A stretch of DNA of 62,937 nucleotides, filler included. It is 5 parts of 5 records of this genome, joined end to end, with 100 filler letters (N's around TTAATTAATTAA, not from the genome) between each part and the next. Parts side by side here need not be neighbours in the genome. Positions count along the whole stretch, not along the records: positions 56,598 to 62,937 come from SRR22947725_1702; 4 more parts are not named here. The stretch is one strand, 5' to 3'. Made by a program: the position numbers and the translations under genes. Under the pieces are notes generated by a model. It had not been told where the DNA came from. It made no database searches and saw only the letters and a list, made by a program, of their open reading frames with translations. Numbering within the stretch: position 1 is the first letter of the stretch; each line of letters begins with the position of its first letter. Of the stretch, positions 61,701-62,937 are shown piece by piece.

Positions 61701-62937
61701 TGGTTTCTGAACCTGGGGTCGGCACTATAGCCTCTGGAGTTGCAAAAGCATATGCTGACCTAATTACAATATCTGGTCATGATGGCGGAACAGGAGCAAG
61801 TCCATTAACCTCTATAAGGTATGCAGGATCGCCTTGGGAGCTTGGTTTGGCAGAGGCTCATCAAAGTTTGAGAGATAGTGGATTAAGACACAAAGTTAGA
61901 CTTCAAGCTGATGGCGGCATGAAAACAGGCTTAGACGTTATAAAAGCAGCAATATTAGGTGCAGAATCATTTGGGTTTGGAACAGGCCCTATGATAGCAA
62001 TGGGCTGCAAATATCTTAGAATATGTCATTTAAATAATTGTGCGACAGGAGTTGCTACGCAAAGAGATGATTTGATAAAACATCACTTTGTAGGAGAAAA
62101 AGAAAAGGTAGTAAATTATTTTGAATTTATAGCAGATGATGTAAGAAAGTATTTATCTATCTTAGGAGTTGAAAAACTAGATGACTTAATAGGACAAACT
62201 CAATATCTAGAAAAACTTAATACAGTTGATCCACAATATAAATCTATAGATCTAAGCGGATTGCTATATAAAGATATAAAAACAAATGAACCATTTTATT
62301 GCACTGAGAAAAAAAATAAGCCATGGGATAAAGGCCTGTTAGCTAAAAAAATATTAAATGATGTAAGGGAGAGTATTGATAATGATAAATCTTTGTCTGT
62401 TTCATACCATATTAAAAATACAGATAGATCGATTGGAGCAAGGGTTTCTGGTTATGTTGCATCACAAAAAGGAGAGGCAGGATTGCCTAATTCTATTAAT
62501 ATCAACTTTGATGGGTCTGCAGGACAAAGTTTTGGCTGTTGGAATGCATCAGGAGTAAATCTAACAATAAATGGCGACGCCAATGATTATGTTGGTAAGG
62601 GTATGAATGGCGGGAGAATAATTATTAAAAATGATAGTAGCTTTGCTTTGAATGATATCAATACAGTTTTAGCAGGCAACACCTGCTTGTATGGCGCCAC
62701 AGGTGGGGAATTATTCGTTGGCGGCCGTGTAGGTGAGAGATTTGGTGTAAGAAATTCAGGAGCAAATGCCGTTATTGAAGGTTCTGGTGATCATTGTTGT
62801 GAATATATGACCGGAGGGCATATAACAGTGCTAGGTTCTGTTGGTGCTAATTTTGGAGCAGGCATGACCGGAGGTTTTGCATATGTTCTAGATGAAGACC
62901 GATCATTTTTTGATAAATGTAATAGAAGCATGGTTAA
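58712..62937 (+). CDS. gltB: Glutamate synthase large subunit (runs off window end; absent from ORF track)
   Basis: Own translation MTQLFNKKDFKDNCGFGLIA, HQRFSTNT, MEPWDGPA, GMSLGALS, AQGAKPGEGGQLPG, GQSFGCW; frame spot-checked at several points. Confidence 0.97.
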   Translation, partial: MTQLFNKKDFKDNCGFGLIANTHGIRSHTVLTKSIDALVSMTHRGGVGSDGKTGDGCGLLFDINHKYFRDTIKQEQDIDLDQEFAVGQLFFSDCINNLTPKLEEIFKQESLNLIALREVPINKNILGDIALDCCPNIYQVFVSSSDEVFNEKKFESNILQARKFIEEIYADDETLYLCSFSSKTIVYKGLMLPNAIKDFYTELQKPQFEISTCVFHQRFSTNTSPRWHLAQPFRLLAHNGEINAIRGNRNWVKARSNKFTTPYIPKIQLFKELVNEKGSDSSSLDNMVELLVKGGIDLFRAIRMVLPPAWQNTQTLDADIRAFHEYNSMHMEPWDGPAGIVMADGKWAVCILDRNGLRPARYQIDNDNIITIASETGVNPVMNGSIKSKGRVQPGGILAINTDTGEIYNQDRIDNVLKTKNPYRKWLKENALYIESSLDSYEGPGLKPINQNEFIESTKQFLLFKEERTSVIKPLAVESQEGTGSMGDDTALAVMSKMHRQIYDFFRQQFAQVTNPPIDSLREVGVMSLETCFGPELNIYEESPSHAKRLVTTSPVLSYKKLQSLIDNPYFKVKEFDLVFDSDISLETAIDALKADVVSAVRKGNSIIHLIEEMPDENYLSINSLLAVGAVHQELVSLGLRSDANIVVTSSSARDTHQIACLIGFGATAVYPTLAYQTILDLSMRKELKGSAHENCARYRKGINKGLLKIISKMGISTISSYRGSQLFEIVGLGDDIVEKCFTNTTSRIQGKSFRDLDTELRSLDEYSRSNLADLNVGGLLKYIHGGEYHAYNPEIVKKLQEAVSSGSETIYREYADLVDNRSPAMLRDLLALKKLQTPLDINQVEPAKNILKRFDSAGMSLGALSPKAHETLAEAMNHLGARSNSGEGGEAVERYGTDRMSKIKQIASGRFGVTPHYLVNAEVLQIKIAQGAKPGEGGQLPGGKVNKLIAKLRYSTPGVTLISPPPHHDIYSIEDLAQLIYDLKEVNPKALVSVKLVSEPGVGTIASGVAKAYADLITISGHDGGTGASPLTSIRYAGSPWELGLAEAHQSLRDSGLRHKVRLQADGGMKTGLDVIKAAILGAESFGFGTGPMIAMGCKYLRICHLNNCATGVATQRDDLIKHHFVGEKEKVVNYFEFIADDVRKYLSILGVEKLDDLIGQTQYLEKLNTVDPQYKSIDLSGLLYKDIKTNEPFYCTEKKNKPWDKGLLAKKILNDVRESIDNDKSLSVSYHIKNTDRSIGARVSGYVASQKGEAGLPNSININFDGSAGQSFGCWNASGVNLTINGDANDYVGKGMNGGRIIIKNDSSFALNDINTVLAGNTCLYGATGGELFVGGRVGERFGVRNSGANAVIEGSGDHCCEYMTGGHITVLGSVGANFGAGMTGGFAYVLDEDRSFFDKCNRSMV

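Overview
The window is not one genome. It is five unrelated AT-rich marine-type contigs joined by artificial 100-nt linkers (N44-TTAATTAATTAA-N44). (1) 1-16237: Rhodobacteraceae-like housekeeping block (tRNA-Asn, histidine kinase, tRNA-Ile2, purMN, ndk, ABC-F, pepA, lptFGD-surA-pdxA-rsmA, DUF4167, prmC, prfA end). (2) 16338-23679: Rhodobacteraceae-like (groES with CIRCE, Na+-type membrane pyrophosphatase, HAD, ribF, ycgN, prs, atpC/atpD). (3) 23780-44302: low-GC actinobacterium, probably Ca. Actinomarinales (MprAB-like two-component system, Cys-repeat lipoproteins, MacAB-like exporter with a shared operator, mgtE, S9 peptidase, TPP-riboswitch symporter, UDG, solitary CbiM, DUF3445 plus deoxyribosyltransferase, SemiSWEET). 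(4) 44403-56497: Flavobacteriia (23S end, 5S, RNA methyltransferases, BNR-repeat hydrolase, PPIase, NrnA, mutL start). (5) 56598-62937: gammaproteobacterium, possibly SAR86-like (hemE, gltD, gltB). Taxonomic calls are inferences from protein style and gene order. The most striking observation is a GltD with an ~86-aa N-terminal extension resembling an integrase arm-type DNA-binding domain. It is transcribed divergently from gltB across an 81-bp spacer that carries phased direct repeats. Other leads: the actinobacterial envelope-export module, a switch-like structured RNA at 40.3-40.5 kb, and an apparent in-situ swap of soluble for Na+-pumping pyrophosphatase. All calls are by eye; no searches were run.
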